The notes under the pieces are model-generated. The model did not search any database and was not told where the DNA came from. It saw only the letters and a list, made by a program, of their open reading frames with translations. DNA of 32,075 nucleotides from Pseudomonadota bacterium (GTDB lineage Bacteria > Pseudomonadota > Alphaproteobacteria > UBA9219 > RGZA01): positions 1-32,075 of the forward strand of contig JACQAB010000066.1 of the NCBI GenBank assembly GCA_016195205.1, given 5' to 3'. Each line of letters opens with the position of its first letter. Position 1 is the first letter of the stretch. Positions 30,127 to 32,075 of this stretch are shown here, one piece after another. The position numbers were made by a program, and so were the translations under genes.

Positions 30127-30200
30127 GGGGCTGAGGGGCTGGGGGACTCGGGGGGATTAAACTTTTTCTCAACCCCTTAGCCCCTGAGTCCCTTAGCCCC
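30127..30200. repeat. G-tract/C-tract palindromic element in the rpmI-rplT spacer
   Basis: ggggctgaggggctgggggactcgggggg-attaaactttttctcaa-ccccttagcccctgagtcccttagcccc uses the same word family as the copies inside aguA and pheS. Confidence 0.8.
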
Positions 30201-30205
30201 GATGT

Positions 30206-30406
30206 TTAGTCGTTGCGTAAAAAATGACGGATGATGTTGTCGCCGTCGGTTTTGAACAGCACCTTGGTGCCGCGCGCCTTGCGCTTCATGTCCTGCGGGC
30301 GCTTGCGCATGCCGTGACGCTTGCGGCTGTGCTGGGCTTTGACTTTGCCGGTGGCCGTGATTTTAAAACGCTTCTTGGCCCCGGAATGGGTTTTTAACTT
30401 GGGCAT
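30206..30406 (-). CDS. rpmI: 50S ribosomal protein L35
   Basis: [36 protein letters not shown] is canonical L35. SD GGAGA upstream. Confidence 0.95.
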   Translation of the reverse strand: MPKLKTHSGAKKRFKITATGKVKAQHSRKRHGMRKRPQDMKRKARGTKVLFKTDGDNIIRHFLRND

Positions 30407-30618
30407 TTGGTTCTCCGTATAAGGGTCAATCGGAACGTCAGGCAGCCCTGCCTGAGGCGTTACCGAAGGCCGCTGTCATAGCAAAAACCCGGCCTTAAGG
30501 GCAAGCGCCTTGAAAAAGAAGGGGTTAGGCAGCGGGCGTTAACGAATAATCTCCCGTCCCGTTATGCCTTCTTTAAACAAGGTTTTTTAAAATCGGGGTC
30601 CAAATAAGGGAGGTCCTT

Positions 30619-30738
30619 GTGCGTCATGTTTTTATCACCTTGCTTTTCGCTCTGGCCATGGTTGCCGGCAATTTTTCCGGCATGTCGGCCGATGCGGGCG
30701 TGAAGCATCATTCTTCTCATCACAGCCATATCCGCTAA
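30619..30738 (+). CDS. Possible 39-aa secreted His-rich peptide (speculative small ORF)
   Basis: A GTG start 5 nt after a strong SD AAGGGAGG. (M)RHVFITLLFALAMVAGNFSGMSADAGVKHHSSHHSHIR has a signal-peptide-like N-terminus and a His/Ser-rich tail. It is below the ORF-track size cutoff. Confidence 0.3.
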   Translation: MRHVFITLLFALAMVAGNFSGMSADAGVKHHSSHHSHIR

Positions 30739-30753
30739 TTAATCTGCCGCGGT

Positions 30754-32075
30754 TTAGGCGATTTTCACGATCTTGGCCCCGGCGGGTTTTTCTTCCACGC
30801 CAATCGCCTCATGCGCGGCAAAGGCCGCGGCGGTGACGATGTCCGACACCGTGGCGCCCATGCCCACGATCTGCGCCGGATGCTCAAGGCCCTGCAGCAA
30901 CGGGCCGATCACCGTGCCCTGCTTGGCCACCATCACCTTCTGCAAAAGCTTGGCGGCGATGTTCGCGGTCTGCAGGCTGGGCATCAGCAGCACATTAGCC
31001 GGCCCTTTCAGGCGCGAGAAGGGATAAAGCCGCTTCATCAAATCGTAATCCAGGGCCACGTCGGGCGCCATTTCACCCTCGTATTCAAAACCTACTTCCA
31101 ACTCGTCCAGCTTGGCCACGGTTTCGCGCATGAAGGCGGCGCGTTCGTCATGCACCTGACCGAAGGTGGAATAGGAAAGGATCGCCACACGCGGCGTCTG
31201 CCCCATGCGTTCGGCGAAGGCGGCCGAGCGCATGGCGATTTCGGCCATACGTCCGGCGCTGACCGCCGGCCCCACCGCCGTATCGGCCAGGAAAATAGTG
31301 CGGTTCGGCATAATGCACACTGAAATGCCGAAGGCCGAATGCGGCCCGCGCGCGTCGATGGATTTTTTAATGTCGTCATAGCAGACCGCGAAATTGCGGC
31401 TGAGACCAGTGACCATGGCGTCGGCGTCGCCATGCGCCACCATGCAGGCGGCAAATACATTGCGCTGCTGGTTGACCATGCGCTGGCAGTCGCGCAGCAA
31501 CAGCCCGCGGCGTTGCAGGCGCTTGAACAAGAATTCGGTATAGCGCGTGTTATGCGCGGAAAGCCGGGCGTTGTGAATCTCGATGCCCTCGCCGGTGATC
31601 AGGCCCATCTGGTGCACGCGTTCTTTCACCACTTCTTCGCGCGCGATCAGCACCGGCGTGCCATAACCCGCGTCACGGAAGGCAATGGCGGCGCGGATCA
31701 TGCGCTCTTCCTCGCCCTCGGCAAACACCACCCTTTGAGGGTTGTTGCGCAACCGCGTGAAAATCAGCTCCAGCGTGTCGGCGGTGGGATCGAGGCGCGC
31801 GCGCAGCGCCGTGCGGAAGGCTTTTTCGTTTTCGATCTTCTTGCGCGCCACGCCGCTGGCTACCGCCGCCTTGGCCACCGCGGTAGGTATTTCGACGATC
31901 AGGCGCGGATCAAACGGCACCGGGATGATGTATTCCGGCCCATAGCGCAACCGCTTGCCATAGGCGGCATCGACCTCGTCGGGCACGTCTTCGCGAGCGA
32001 GAGCCGCCAAAGCCTTGGCGGCAGCCAGCTTCATGTCGTCGTTGATGGTGCGGGCGCGCACATCCAAAGCGCCGC
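30754..32075 (-). CDS. maeB: NADP-dependent malic enzyme, C-terminal part (end of the NAD-binding domain plus the phosphate-acetyltransferase-like domain); the N-terminus is off-window
   Basis: [22 protein letters not shown]... then [16 protein letters not shown]...LIAREE...DADAMVTG...GPLLQGL is typical of the MaeB PTA-like domain. The M at 32067 in the track is an internal TTG; the frame stays open to the window edge. Confidence 0.9.
   Translation of the reverse strand, partial: GALDVRARTINDDMKLAAAKALAALAREDVPDEVDAAYGKRLRYGPEYIIPVPFDPRLIVEIPTAVAKAAVASGVARKKIENEKAFRTALRARLDPTADTLELIFTRLRNNPQRVVFAEGEEERMIRAAIAFRDAGYGTPVLIAREEVVKERVHQMGLITGEGIEIHNARLSAHNTRYTEFLFKRLQRRGLLLRDCQRMVNQQRNVFAACMVAHGDADAMVTGLSRNFAVCYDDIKKSIDARGPHSAFGISVCIMPNRTIFLADTAVGPAVSAGRMAEIAMRSAAFAERMGQTPRVAILSYSTFGQVHDERAAFMRETVAKLDELEVGFEYEGEMAPDVALDYDLMKRLYPFSRLKGPANVLLMPSLQTANIAAKLLQKVMVAKQGTVIGPLLQGLEHPAQIVGMGATVSDIVTAAAFAAHEAIGVEEKPAGAKIVKIA

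Noticed and set aside
18836-30200. A CRISPR array formed by the GGGGCTN/GGGACTG repeats.
   Set aside because: The repeats are inverted rather than direct. They occur as isolated hairpins at separate loci, some inside genes, with no regular repeat-spacer periodicity and no cas genes.
30407-30618. A missing infC, or an L20/L35-type ribosomal leader RNA, upstream of rpmI.
   Set aside because: No infC-like ORF lies in the spacer. One short hairpin (tcaggcag-ccc-tgcctga, about 30450-30468) is present, but I cannot match it to any leader structure from memory. A covariance-model scan would be needed.

Overview
GC-rich proteobacterial, probably alphaproteobacterial, chromosomal window, annotated by hand from the sequence and ORF track with no searches run. 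The right half is housekeeping: hemF, an aguB-aguA-ODC-like polyamine cluster, pheT, a MOFRL glycerate kinase, pheS, rplT, rpmI and the 3' part of maeB. The left half is accessory: a truncated response regulator, four secreted Cys-rich or heme proteins, and an operon of two PP-loop ATP pyrophosphatases plus an unknown protein and a cupin. The main locus is a module of about 7.5 kb (7.9-15.5 kb) bracketed by a 45-bp direct repeat of the 3' half of tRNA-Lys(CUU). It carries an ECF sigma factor with a DUF1109/NrsF-like anti-sigma, a DoxX protein, a signal-peptide-bearing 4-Cys DUF2282 precursor with DUF692 (MNIO) and DUF2063 partners (a bufferin/gig-type RiPP metallophore cluster), and a MerT-MerP-GDCCVxC-periplasmic thioredoxin module with no MerA or MerR. 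Three exact TGTAACC-N16-CGAA promoter-like motifs tie its three transcription units to the ECF sigma. The window is also full of small palindromic elements. Several sit in-frame inside essential or housekeeping genes (pheS, three in pheT, hemF, aguA), and long low-complexity hairpins fill the spacers of the rpmI-rplT-pheS-glycerate kinase and aguA-aguB operons. All family assignments rest on motif recognition and need HMM/BLAST confirmation.
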